Positions 49,923-62,690 of a DNA stretch of 64,000 bases are shown one piece after another. The translations under genes were made by a program, and so were the position numbers. The notes below the pieces were generated by a model. It saw only the letters and a list, made by a program, of their open reading frames with translations, made no database searches and was not told the DNA's origin. The stretch comes from Botryllus schlosseri (Eukaryota): contig CM119372.1 in assembly GCA_051294905.1 (NCBI GenBank), positions 24,430,001 to 24,494,000 of the forward strand. The letters are read 5' to 3'. Position 1 is the stretch's first letter. Every line of letters starts with the position of its first letter.

Positions 49923-50310
49923 CTTGTGACGATATTATGAGTGATGCTTGAATGCTCGATTCGAGACAAAGCGTAATGTACTCGATTGGCTCTCGACTTT
50001 CACAGGCCCTATTGATGGTGCATAAAGCCTAAACATGTGTAGTGTAATGTATTGATTGAGAAGCTGCCTATGATCAAAACCTGGTTTTCTAGTCTCTCCC
50101 CGTAAGTATATAGTGTGTACAAAATACCCGACGGAGTTATTGCGCCGAGCTTCAAAGTCGCCCTCAGAAAATAGGCAGCAGAGGGCGCATGGTAGCGAAA
50201 GCAGACGATGGCGAAAGATTGCGTGAATGGAAGTCGTAAAAGATGTATATTGTCTGCAAACATTACATTATTAATTTTCATGACACAAACGGCCTGAATG
50301 GATAATAAGC

Positions 50311-50745
50311 CAGTGTTGGGATGATAGAGTCAATATTTTCGTATGACTTGACTTGACTCGAGTCACTTTGCAAAATTGACTTGACATGACTCGGTGCTTC
50401 GGAAATATGGATTGACTTGTGACTAGGAGCAAAATTTACGAGTCAATTTCAAGTCATCAAGTAAACGGTTTCGATTAAATCGGCCTATCTTATGTATGTT
50501 CGGATTGCTCGCGATACGCTGGTGTCACTTGTGGTCGCAAACAAAACGATCACAGCTTACGTTGGCGTATTAGTAGCTAATGCTAGTATATTAACCTAAT
50601 AGCAACGTATTTCTGTTTCTTAGACGGCTCTGTGCTTACATTGCGCAGTGCTCACCTTCACCAACCCTATTTTATAATTTAAATCGAATGAATATAGTTT
50701 AAGCGTTTCTATTCTCACGGATGTGTAGATGGGTAATGTACCGTA
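50311..50745 (-). mobile_element. Truncated copy of the 12780-13725 MITE family
   Basis: CAGTGTTGGGATG start, collinear with 18903-19385. Confidence 0.72.
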
Positions 50746-51951
50746 CCGAAAATACTGTAAATTCACAAATGGTCGAAATTTAAATTTTAAATTGCACGGC
50801 CTTTATTACTGGTCGGAATTGACCCAAATTTGGTGTGTAGCGTTTTCAGGCAACCTGACAATTTTATCATTAAGCGTGTGAAATTTGGAGAAAAAAAAAG
50901 TTATTTTTGAACAACCTAACTGTACATGCGCCATTTCTATGGAGAGGAACATTACTTTGATATTAACTATACCTATGTTGTGACGACTGCTAACGTAATC
51001 GAAATGAGGGTAATAGGTTTTATATTGTTCTACGCACGAGATACTCCGGTTATAAACGGCCACATGAAGGACGGAGACGATATTTACGATTCATTACGAA
51101 AGGATGTATGCGATACACATACGTATATTAAAACATTTATAGCACTGTGAATATTTCTCTACGTTATCGCATGTTGAAGAGGGGATACCATATCCAACGA
51201 AACTGACCCAAGCGTAGGGATATGAAAACCTATGATTACAGCACGACGCGATTACTGAAACTTTAATAAGAAAGCGACTACCATAAAACTGTTTGTACTG
51301 TCCAATCATTCTATCTTGTTTGCAAGTTGTTCATGGAAAAATCTCTGAGTCAGTGCGGAGCAGTCTGCAGGCACGAAATCCGCGCCTATTGCACAATGCC
51401 TAGTTTCAGCCTGCGCCTTCATTCATATTTTGTGACCTGTGCAAAAGCCAGCCCCTGGTCCATCCCCATAGGAGGGGTTTTCAACACGCGGCCCGCAACA
51501 CCTTCGATTATGAAAGCAATTAGCCTACTACTGATATGGTATTTTTACATATTAATTATGCTACTTAGCTCTCTCATCTTTGTTTTGATTCAATCAATCG
51601 TCAGATTATATTTTTTCTTTCTTCATCGGGTCTTTTTGATGATTACACTGGGCAACAATTTTGAACGAAAAATTTCTTGACTTTGATTTTGCACTTGATT
51701 TAGACTGATTTTGGCATGCTGATTCCAAACATGCAGCTGGTTTTCTTCTAACATGTCAAGTATTTGCTCCACGACATATGACCAAAATATGCAAATTCTC
51801 ACTAATTTAGCCATATTTATTTTTTATATCATATAGAAATCCACACTTTTATCATATAATAAGTTATATAGCCAAGAGGTCAATTGAATTATTAGTAACA
51901 ACAGTATTGATATCGATCCAGGCCGATGCTTCCAGCCATTTTGGGTTAGAG

Positions 51952-52991
51952 CAGGGGTCACAAACACGCGGCCCGCGGGCCGCATGCGGCCCACGATGTC
52001 ATATTTTGCGGTCCGCATGCGGCCCACGATGTCATATTTTGCGGTCCGCAACTTGATTTGACATTTCGAAAAAAACCTAAGAAAACCATTTTGAAATGTT
52101 GAAATTTACTACAGTTTCAACATATTGTTGTTGTCTCAAAATAAGCTATTTTCCTGTGCCCAACATCACTATTTGTCACTAGCTAAAACGGCTTTGGCGA
52201 TGGGAATAGCATTCAATCGAGGGATAATAATCAGCTGATATGAATGGGCTGGGCATATTGCCTTGACGTGCAATGGCGAAACACTGCGAAGACTGAGACG
52301 CTTAGGGAACGGCACAGTGCAGTGGTTCTCAAACTGGACCCGTGCCCCTAGTAGCGTGACATCATCTGAAGGGGACGCAGCGCTGCGATGAGGTGAAAAT
52401 TTTTCCGCGCTCTGCGCGAGTTACATGAAATTAAAATTTTGTGTATACTCCGGAATTCTTATTATAGAATTATTTCATCAACAGTCATAACTTTCCATGC
52501 CATCAAACTATCCTTTGGGATTGCTAGCATTCTTGTTGCATTTTGCGATATGACGATAAGGGGAGAGCGAAATTTTCCAGTATCATAAAGGGGAGCGTGT
52601 CTAAAAATGTTTGAGAAACACTGGCTTAGGGCTTCCCCACAAGATCGAACTGTACGTGGAGGTGGTCCTTCAGCTAGTAACGTATCTCGCTAGCCCCAAT
52701 ATCGATTCCTCAGTCACTGAAAAGCGTTTTCATGTATCGTGCACAGCTCAGAGTTCAAAATAAAATGAAATTGATGATAATAATTTTTTGTTGCATTTGT
52801 ATTCATTTAATAGAATATTACTTCTTTTGTGGTGACTATGCCCATTGTCTTTGTTAGGTAGCACGTCATGTACTGACGTAGAGTTTTAAAACGTGGCTGC
52901 CTATTTTAAATCGATATTGAATTCATGCGGCCCGCGGCCGCTACGAAATTTGAAAAGTGGCCCGCGACCCGTTTTGAGTTGGCGGCCCCTG
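51952..52991. mobile_element. hAT-type MITE with a nested element (about 52320-52623) and a 33-bp tandem duplication
   Basis: CAGGGG...CCCCTG ends with 8-bp TSD GGTTAGAG. The nested part is an inverted relative of about 2803-3010. Confidence 0.8.
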
Positions 52992-54049
52992 GGTTAGAGG
53001 ATGCAATCATCCAAGGATCTTTTAGACATATTTTTTGATGCAAACCGCAGAATATGGCAAGTAAAGTAAACATTACATTTACTATCAACTATAGGTCCAA
53101 TGCCCCATTCAGCTTACCCAGTGTAACTTGAAACTCCTATTCGCTCGATAATTTGGATCAAGATGAAGATCTTAGGATTAGCAGGCGTAATGATGAAGAT
53201 TTTGAAATAGAAGATGATTCAGAACGTAGAGTAGTCCATCAACGCAAGTTAAATGATCCCACATAGGCTTTGGGACTTAATTGGGGGGAATATTGTGAAC
53301 TTTTAGCATCCTTACGAATTGAGAAAACATTAGCGGGAAAGAGAGAGAAGATATCTCACTTTCGATCATGAGAAACGGCGTTTTCATCGTAGGGCTACTT
53401 TCGGTATCGCTTTGTTTATTGACGTGATACTGGCATTGGCATGATACTGTTACCATGCGTTGCCGGAGCAGTCAGGAATTCCGATTTACAACTCAAGTAA
53501 ATGGCATATGTCTATTGGTAGCTCAAAAAGGAATCTAAAGTGTGGTATTCTCGAAAATGGCAACGTCATATGTGCAGTAACAATTGCACACTCAGTCTTC
53601 GTGAACAATACAGAAACACTGAGAATATTAAAGAAACATTGAATTGTTGCAATATCACAAGCACGATTGGGTCATATGTGTCAGCTTTGAAATATTGTGT
53701 ATTCTCAGTGGTAAGACAATAAAGATGCACATGTAACCGTGATACATATGTGCCACTGCACTGCCATATATTTATCTCAGATAACAGACATTCAAAAAAG
53801 CTAAAATATCTAAACAATTTCCCGGAAAACTTTGGCATAGTCAGCGATGGGCAAGGAGAAAGTATTCCCCAATATCTGAAGGTGATGGGGATAAGATACC
53901 AGAGTTTTTATTTGTAAAGGAAAGGAAAGGACGCAGTTTATTTTTGTCCTTGGTGTTTTCGCGGCATATACACCGACTCATGATAGGCATACACACAATC
54001 TGTGCATGTGCATATGCATACCATGAGTGCATGATGTGCATATGCCGCT

Positions 54050-54250
54050 GGACAAGGAAGGTGCAGATATAGCTTTGTATGGCTTTCTAAGTCTTGCACC
54101 ACCCCTCCATGCTATCCCAGTAATGCATGAGCGCCAAGCAGGGAAGTCATGGATACCATTGTTACTAATCAGGTCTTTGGTCTGACCCGGCCGGAGATCA
54201 AACCCACGACCTACCGATCAAGAAGCCGGACGCTTAACCATTACGCTATC
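54050..54250 (-). mobile_element. tRNA-derived SINE
   Basis: The minus strand has A-box-like TAGCGTAATGG and B-box-like GGTTTGATCTCC, followed by a SINE body (CCGGGTCAGACCAAAGAC...CTGCTTGGCGCTCA). Confidence 0.75.
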
Positions 54251-54476
54251 TTCTCTTTTTATTTGTTGTATTCATGGTGTCTGTTGACTACTATGGTCAT
54301 TTACACCAGGCCGATATTCAATATTTTTTGATTCCGTAACTGCCGACTTGTAGCAAGGCCAACTTGTAGGCTTTTCGTAAACCACCGCTAACGCGGATGA
54401 TACCAGAGTAGATTGTTAGCTGACTAATGCTCGATTATCAAACGAGACAACCCACAGAATTAGGAGGTATTACTAT

Positions 54477-55004
54477 TAGGGCTGGGCACAATGATTCGAG
54501 TACTCGAATCTGAATCGAGTATTAATTTTAATGATTCGAGTCGAGTAGTAAAAGACGATTTTTTCGATTACTGAAATTATACGCTCCTCACCACTGAAAG
54601 TTGATTTATCAACGAGGAGTTTATCAACGATCAACGAGTTTATGCTAATTTCACTGTTGAAGCCTTGAAACCTTGATTGGCCGTATCGTAGCATACGAAA
54701 CATGAAGTACAAAGCTACGAACGTTACTGGAAATAGCACATTTCCGAAGTCATGATCATCCCACAATATTGTCACCAAGTGCAATGAAATCGGTATGGTC
54801 GAGAAAAATAACGAAGTATCCTTAATATGATGGATAACAGGCATTATATTCTTTGTGGTCGCTTAAAAGGTACATATTTGAACTTTGACAAATAATATTC
54901 TGCTATGACGTCATAATGAGTGATACTCGATTACTCGACTCGACTCGAAGCATTTTACGTGATTCAGAATCGAATCACTCAGGTACTCGATTTTGCCCAG
55001 CCCT
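54477..55004 (+). mobile_element. MITE, TAGGGCTGGGC family
   Basis: TIRs TAGGGCTGGGCA / TGCCCAGCCCTA. Copies at 44138-44652 and partial at about 30198 and 47400-47820. Confidence 0.82.
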
Positions 55005-55479
55005 AAATTTACTATTAGCGTCAATTTGTACCCTGAAAGTCGCACTTTATTTGTCCGGCAGAAGCAATATCAGTTTGAATCAACCCAATAAGGAAGTGCA
55101 AATGTTTATTCGGGGTGTATTGATTTACTTTCGACTGCTAATGGCTTTTGAAACGTTCTATACAATAAACACAAAATATTAAAAGTAGTACTTTTATGTG
55201 GGTTATGAGACAATGTGGTGGGCGCCTAACCCAAAATCTTGACGTGACAGAGTAAAACGGAAGTATGAATTCAGCGCGCAAAAGTTAGTCGAAATCAATT
55301 GTCTGATCAAAGTCAATAAATATTATGTTTACCAGTGCTATTGATGACTCATTCTGGTTTCTTAATGTGCTCGAGTACAAATTAGAACTGTTAGTACAAA
55401 TTAGAACTGTTTTGATCATATAATCGGTATTCGTCTGAACTCTGGTTTCAGAGAATCCTACCAATGACTTGAAGAGATA

Positions 55480-56622
55480 GCGACAAGAAAAGGGAAATTA
55501 AACCACCAAAACTGAATTATCAACTCAGTGCGGATCAGTAAATTAGCTTTCACAGAGATAAATGGAAACCCGATGTGTCTTATTTGTCGAAGAAAAGTTG
55601 TCGTAACGAAGCGAGGACAAACATTGACATTTTCATCCAGAGTTTAAAAATACATATCCACCTCATCTTAGGGGGAAAACGTTGCTAGCTAAATGTGAAG
55701 CGCAGCAATCCATATTTTGAGGCCTCGTTAAAATTGCCGACAACGTTGCCGAGGCATAGCTCGAAATTGCTTGGGATATTGCTAAAGCCAGGAATTCGGT
55801 TTGAGGAGATGAGATTTGAGAAAACTTTAGCATGCTGTGCGAATTCCCTGTTTCCGGAATTTAACAACAAGGACAACATCACCTCCCGAAACCTCTTTTT
55901 CTCATATCACCGTATGACTGTGACAATAGCCTCTGAGACGAAAGCAGTTACCGTACTTTGAAACTTGCTCACGCTTTGAAAAAGAGTTCCTTGGTGGACG
56001 GGTCGGAAGGTGTTTTACCCATACGTCCACTTTTTTCAATAAATTGAAACTGTCCTCGAAGGACGCCTAAATGTCCTCTTTTTTTGGAATTTGTCCAGTC
56101 TTTCTGTGGAAATAATTGAAATGCCAAGAAAAATGCAACTCCGACGCAGGGAACGTCAGAGTTTCGTAAAAAAAAATCGGGTATGTCAGGAGCCGAGTCA
56201 AAGTGATGACCTTTTTCTTTTATTTTTAGTCAACACAGTACTCTCGGTCGCAAAACATTTCCAAAATCACCAGTGTTCTTGGAGCTTTCAGAGTTCATAA
56301 AAAGTGGCAATACATGCAACGCAAACTCAACGAAGTTGCTGCCGATGGTAAGCGTCTTTTTAAGAGAAAAATCGGCGTGATTTATACTTACTCCACGGGA
56401 AGATAATATATTCACCCAAATACCAGCAACTGAAAATTTGCGAACGCTGTGCAGTGTCCATTAATGCTTTAGAATGCACAAAAGTAGAAAACCTCCGTAT
56501 ACGACTTGTAAATACAGTGAATTTAATAGCCTACCATTACATGATGAAAATGTTCTGCGGTCCACAGCACTTTTTGATGGTAAAATGCGGCCCGTTATAC
56601 ATGGGGAGGTGAGAACACCTGC
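55480..56622 (+). pseudogene. Decayed hAT (Charlie/GTF2IRD2-like) transposase remnant
   Basis: LAFTEINGNPMCLICRRKVVVTKR (BED-like) and CANSLFPEFNNKDNI fragments, with a hAT-like right end. Confidence 0.6.
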
Positions 56623-56699
56623 CCCATACGTATGATAGCTGTATATAATAGCTTCGTTGAGATTTAGTTATCCCAATACTTGTTTTTATCCAAACTAAC

Positions 56700-56873
56700 C
56701 TTGAAGATCTTCTTTAGTGAATGCTAAGCACCAGGGACTGTCAGTTCCATTCGCAATTTCTTCTTCAGCGCACCCTTCCTGTTGCATTATGCCAATGGTA
56801 TCGATATCAATGTCGCCGTCCAGTACTCCTAGCCGTTTCGATACAATCGACGCCATATCCGCGAATACGCGAC
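56700..56873 (-). CDS. MINPP1: MINPP1-like exon
   Basis: RVFADMASIVSKRLGV...CAEEEIANGTDSPWCLAFTKEDLQ aligns to MINPP1 [22 protein letters not shown]. Phase 1-1, gttagt donor. Confidence 0.88.
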
Positions 56874-57199
56874 CTATCGACAAGGGAAGTGATTAGGCAA
56901 TATTTCCAACAAATATTCCACGCAATGTTGGTCGAGTTCAACTATATTAACGGTGGACTGCGCGTATACTCTATAGCTAAGAAAAACAGCCAATGTGTAC
57001 GAGTGGATTTGTGACATTTAGTAATTGTTCCACATTTGCGATTTTGCCAAATCTAGTACGGCAAAACCCTACAGCGGGTGGTTAATTGACTCTGCTCAGA
57101 TGTCGCACGAAGCTTTGAAATCATACAAAATGTCGCATGTAAATTCTAATCGTAATGCGCCTTCGCAAAATTAAAAAGCTCCATCTGAAATGATGTGGT

Positions 57200-57440
57200 A
57201 TGATCCACAGCTGCAACACCAATGAGTTTCGGGCTCGCGAGTCCGATAGAGTTCGACTCCAGAATTTCTACTTAAGTGTGGGAAGTTTATCTAAGCTTCT
57301 CCTCATCTGATCCTCGCAAGCGGTGTCTTAAAAAAGCCTAGATGTGGGCCGTGCTACCAGTCGGCAGATACAGAATCAAAATAAAGACAATTTACCTGGT
57401 GTAAATCATTATAGTAGTAGTCGACAAGACGGTTTTCCAT
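57200..57440 (+). mobile_element. SINE copy, same family as 28770-29030
   Basis: Shares cagctgcaacaccaatg...gagttcgact.cagaatt...gtgcta..agtcgg. Confidence 0.6.
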
Positions 57441-57781
57441 GATTACTGGACGCAACTGCTCTTTCGCTATCTGCCATGCCTCGCGATAATGTCGATAAAG
57501 GCTCGGGCACTTAGGCATGTCACCGCGCTATTTTATGCTATATTGCTATAGTTTAACCAGCGGCGTTGGTCAATTTTTTGTGTTCTCAAGATCCGTGATG
57601 AACATCATTTCATTCTTGAAGCTATCTGGTGCTCAAGGTAATAACTTTTTTCCCACGAACAGCCATTGCCGACGTGGGAATGGATCAATTTTGCAGTATT
57701 TTTGTACACGCGATCTTGTGTTTGCGCCGTCCCGATGCTGCATTATTTTACATTAGGTAGCCTAATTTGTCGTAATGATAA

Positions 57782-59210
57782 CACTGGTCAACACATATTT
57801 TTAGGCAGACAAAGTAAGAGTGGTTTTGGGGGTTCTGAAGGGCACTGATTACGAATATGAACTTAGTTTTTCAAGTTGGCTCTTGTTGTGGAGACAACCC
57901 ATGGGGCTATTTTGACCAAAATCCCCCATTTTCGCAGAAATGACTAGATATAAAATCGGCTTAGTCGTACTATAAAGTTTAGAAATTCTATCTACTTGTT
58001 ATTTTTACACACAGAAGACTCTTTTAAATCAAAATACAGCAACAGCACTATATTTAGGGGTAGTAGATTGATCAAAGTTACAGACTTCCACGGATATCAT
58101 GTACATAAATAAACCCCAGCCTTGTACATAGGTATTTACCTTGATAACCAAATAACGTGGCATTAATTCAATCAGTTTTACGTCAACCACCTATTGTAAA
58201 TTTGAAATAATCAGTTGGAATATAATATTATTGATATATTTTAAATCACAATTGTTTTTTGTACGATTTTCGCCTGTAAGCTATTCAGTGCAGTTTCTCG
58301 AAAGGTTCCGTCAATGGTATGACATAATATGCTCAGTTGTTCATCTCATCTGCCCTGATATCTTTCTTTTATTGTTCTGATGTCTTGGTAGAACCTCTAC
58401 CCTTACTAAACAACAAGGAAATCAGGAAATATATCAAGATGACTGAGCAGGAAGTGAACTTTTATGCTCATGTTTGTGCTCAAGTTTTCGATATACAGAT
58501 ACGAATTTTCGGACCAACTGTTTGTAGTTGGGTGCTTTGTGTTCATGTAAAAGGTTATATTTACTACATGTTAGGATAAATTACATGCAGTGAACTCCTT
58601 GCTAATGTGAAATTGGAATCTTTCATCGGTATTCGAATATACCAGATACCAGATTTAAGCTTCTCGTTTGATAGGGTTACTAGGTATACCCACTTTGTTG
58701 ACTCAGCGGAAAATTATCCATTTACCAGTCAAAAGAAATGAGACGCATATGATTATTGTGGTTAAGCCTTTCAAGGACAAATATTACAGCTTTATACTCC
58801 TCTTTTATCTTGGTAGAATGACCAATAGATACAGGAGAATATGTATTTCCGTTGTGCAAAAGTACTATTTTTAGGCTTGACTAACTGCTGTTTTTGACAA
58901 ACAAATATTTTGCATCATGTCATGTCAATATTGATAGAATGACTGAGAATGACGTGAGGGTTCTTCATAGTCAATTATATATTTCTGCGCAGTATAAAAT
59001 TTAAAAAAAACTACGATTTTCTTCCTACCAAGCGAAATATTTAAGGGTAAATACAGTAATTTTAGGCTTTTTAGGGGTATAAATATCTTCTGATATAGAG
59101 CCAATCTGACAAAACTAATGTGATATTCGTAATCAGCAACCTCAAAAACCCCAGAAACGGCTCTCAGATGGTGTGCCTAAAAATATTTTTTTTCATTTTG
59201 TTGGCCAGTG
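57782..59210 (-). mobile_element. Chapaev3-like element, inverted copy of 15659-17031
   Basis: Termini CACTGGTCAACA / TGTTGGCCAGTG with a TAA TSD. Transposase remnant at about 58320-58560. Confidence 0.8.
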
Positions 59211-59486
59211 TAATCAGCGGTTCGGGTATTTTCATCGCTGAAGATACACAATGCAAAGTAAATATCATTAGACGTAGAATGGTTTGATAAAGATATGTTG
59301 GAGTGCTAGTTAACAGAAAGTCATCTGCTATCCTGCATGCCTTTTTCTAATCACAGATCCACGGTGATTGAGAATGTGAAAAAAGGCGCAGGCTTATAAA
59401 TAATGATTGTGTATATGACAACCCAACTGCGAATAAATAGCAGTGCTTGCATTGATGAACATATCAAGAAAGCACACATTCCATAC

Positions 59487-59674
59487 CGTTTCCAAACTCC
59501 TCTTTCTCCGCCAAAGTTTCTTCGTTTTCCGTCACTTCCACTCGATATTTGTCGCAGTAATCATACGGTCTTATCAAGGGATCGTCGACGATTATGTCTT
59601 GAGTTGAATTGTACGCGTGTGACATGAACATCCTGGCGGATTCCTGCGTTCTTTGGGTGTCCGATGAATGAAAT
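59487..59674 (-). CDS. MINPP1: MINPP1-like exon
   Basis: FHSSDTQRTQESARMF...DDPLIRPYDYCDKYRVEVTEN aligns to SSKHRCMDSSAAF...DKLMRFFDHCEKF. Phase 2-1, gtatgg donor. Confidence 0.88.
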
Positions 59675-59998
59675 CTGTGCGATATAGTGGGAGTGATCAA
59701 ATATAGTACTTCGAAACCTAGTAAAGAGACTAGTCGAAATAATACTATCAAAATCACGTAAGACTAACGAGATTAATTGGCAATGCTTCCATCCTTGGAA
59801 CGCCTGAAAAGAGTTTTGTTAATTATATATTTTACATAACCATATATATATTCCTTTCGACACAGGGCCGTAGGTTACGCGCTCCCAACCCCCAAATAAG
59901 GATTGGGTGCAAGATCAGGCTGCCCACAATTATTTCGTAAATTAACCTAAAAAATACTTGGGCTGATGTGACGCAACGGGGAAGTTGTCCCTCTATAG

Positions 59999-60850
59999 CA
60001 GTAATTCCCAAACTGTGTGCCGCCACAGATTCTCAGGTGTGCCACGAACATTTTGGGGGTTTTGGAAAAGAACTATAAATATTTTGCAAAAGGCCTGAAT
60101 GCTAGTATACGTGAAAGCAGCTGATAAATAATCACAAGTAACAATGAAATCAGTCATGGTATCCTAATAAATCGAGCAATCTTTCCGTAGAAGAGCAGCT
60201 AGTTGATTTACGAAAATTTAAAGCAATGTCTTCAGAAGAGATAAGGTGATTTTTAGCTGTCTTCTTGCATATCCTATTCCATAATCGGTGCAAACACAAT
60301 CAATATTGTGTGAAAATTTGCATCTTCATGGTTAAGTAGACATGGCTTTCTTCTTTTTTGAGTGAAATAAAAAGCTGAAGACGAGAGTCACTGCTTGGAA
60401 TCAATGACAAAATGCGAATTTTTGTTGTTGATTATGTTTTTGGGTGATTACAGCGCAAGTGGTTTCGTTCGCCATATCCAAAAATCCTTTCAATATCTCG
60501 GGATGTGCGTTACAAAATAAGGGCAAGTTTGTGAACAATTCAACGGCTTTTCTATTGTATATGTTCTATCCATGTAATAAAAACATATATTTTTTAAAGC
60601 TTTTTTTCTGGGCCCAAATGTGCTCCGATAGTTTTATAACTTTGCCAGTGTTGTTTTATTTGGGGTTAATGGTGCTTGACTACTATATGGTCTTGTGCAC
60701 CAGACAACTTCGAAAATAATATATCCGCAAAAATTATATTGATCGGTGTCAAATACGAAGTCAATAACCGGCTGAATTGTATATGGACTGGATAGTAGGG
60801 CCTGTACTACCATGTCGTGGGCCACAAGCCGAAAAAGTTTGGGAACCACT
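59999..60850 (+). mobile_element. hAT (Charlie-like) deletion derivative
   Basis: Ends CAGTAATTCCCAAACT / AGTTTGGGAACCACT. Decayed dimerisation-domain-like piece at about 60340-60420. Confidence 0.62.
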
Positions 60851-61054
60851 TATCTACATAGAAACACAAGAAACGCCTTTCGTCAAATGTAAAACTGTTT
60901 TACCGGCAAAATATTTTTTAAATTTCCTGTATCGCTGAAATAATCGGAATTGCAGTCACAGTAGATATAATTGATATATATGACAAGATTATACATATCC
61001 ACAATTGATAAATAAAATCTGATCATCACCACTCTAGCTCAGGATGAAACTTAC

Positions 61055-61194
61055 TTGAAACTACTGCTGTCAGAAAAGAGTTCAGGGAACGCTTGTTTGA
61101 ATCGTTGTCCAAGACCCATCATTTCTTGATATCCCAACGGAGATAAGTCTGACTCTAAACTGGGATGATACCAGTTTTCCCAGAGTTTAATTTT
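61055..61194 (-). CDS. MINPP1: MINPP1-like exon
   Basis: KIKLWENWYHPSLESDLSPLGYQEMMGLGQRFKQAFPELF aligns to WPLWY..[28 protein letters not shown]. ttcacag acceptor and gtaagt donor, phase 0-2. Confidence 0.88.
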
Positions 61195-61509
61195 CTGTGA
61201 AATGATTCAATATGCGTGTAGAGAACATGCGGCTTCTATAGTTGGTATATTGATATATTGGTATATGGTACATTGATTGATGTTCCGAATACGTTTTCCA
61301 GTAGAAATTAATGCCTATTAAATATTTGTAAAAGTAGATATTATTGCAGCTATCTAATATGTATATGCTAATTGCTAGATATGTGCAATGAGGCACTGAC
61401 AAATATACAAACCCAAATGAGTAGCTTATATAATTGGCTCCTTGTTATGGCATATATCTTATTAGCATTATTCATACGCATGCTACGTAATAAGTGACTA
61501 CATATTCGC

Positions 61510-62491
61510 TGGGGATGGTGTGAACGTGAGGTTCCCGTTCGCGGTCTGTGTAGCTCAAAAGGATCCTAAAGTGTGGCATTCTCCACAATTGCAACGTCTT
61601 AGGTGCAGTAACAATTGCACACTCGGTTAGTATTCGTGAATAACACAGAAACATTGAGAATAATACAGAAACATAGAATTGTTGCAATATCACAATCACG
61701 ATTGGGATTGGATCATATGTGTCAGCTTTGAAATGTTATGTTTTCTTAGTGGTCAGACAATAAGAGTGCACATGTAACCCTGATACACATGGGCCACTGT
61801 CAAATGTTTATGTCGGACAGCAGATATCCAAAAAAGCTAAAATATCTAAAAAATATCCCGGAAAACCTTGGCATAGTCAGCGATGGGCAAGGAAAAAGCA
61901 TCCCCTAATATCTGAAGATGATAGGGTGAGATACCACAGTAGATTGGAGCTTACATATGTTAGCTGACTATTGCTCGGGTATCAAACGAGACAACCCATA
62001 GAATTATGATTCATCAGCGTAAATTTGAACCCTGAAACTTACACTTTATTTGTCCTGAAGAAGCAGTATCAGTTTAAATCAACCAAATAAAGCAGTGCAG
62101 ATGTTAATTTGGAGTCGATTGATTTACTTTTGACTGCTTGTGGATTTTGAAACGTTTCATACAATAACCACAAAATATTAAAAATAGTACTTTTATGTTG
62201 ATCATGAGACAATGGGGTGGGTGCCTATCCCGATCACTTGACGTGATCTAGAAAAACGGGAGTCATTTTTTAATTCAGCGCCCGAAAGTTACTCGAAATC
62301 AATAGTCTGATCAAAGTCAACAAAAATTGTGTTTACCAGTGTAGTATATCGATTCACTGGAATGTAAGGTTAGAATTAGCAATACGACGTTACGTGACGT
62401 CATGAGGTTCACGTTCGCGTTCGCACAGAACCTTTCAAAGATGTTCGCGTTCAAACGAACCTGAACCTTTCAGAGGTTCACACCATCCCTA
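61510..62491 (+). mobile_element. Termini of the 21799-22665 MITE family enclosing a Chapaev3-like fragment (61551-62341)
   Basis: TGGGGATGGTGTGAAC...GTTCACACCATCCCTA ends. The interior matches 53520-55337 without its insertions. Confidence 0.7.
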
Positions 62492-62639
62492 ATATCCACA
62501 ATTGAATGTGGGGATGGATGGAAAATACATAATAGCTGCATCAGTAAGGGGATCAATCAATTGACAATTTTATTAAAACTTTCACCAAATAACCACAAGA
62601 TTGTGATATATTGAAAACACAGAAGGGTGTCGATACTAC

Positions 62640-62690
62640 CTGGAGTAGTCTTCTATTCGAACATCCAACCATAGGCTTATAGCATACACA
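62640..62690 (-). CDS. Possible small upstream exon of the MINPP1-like gene
   Basis: Pyrimidine tract plus cag, gtagta donor, phase 0-0 (CVCYKPMVGCSNRRLLQ), in frame with the next exon. No recognisable homology. Confidence 0.25.

Larger units (their letters stand above)
53200..55337 (+). mobile_element. Second Chapaev3-like relic, interrupted by a SINE and a MITE
   Basis: Decayed ELLAS...WHMSIGSSKRNLKCGILENGN..VTIAHS transposase motifs. Ends TTTACCAGTG. Collinear with 61551-62341. Confidence 0.68.
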
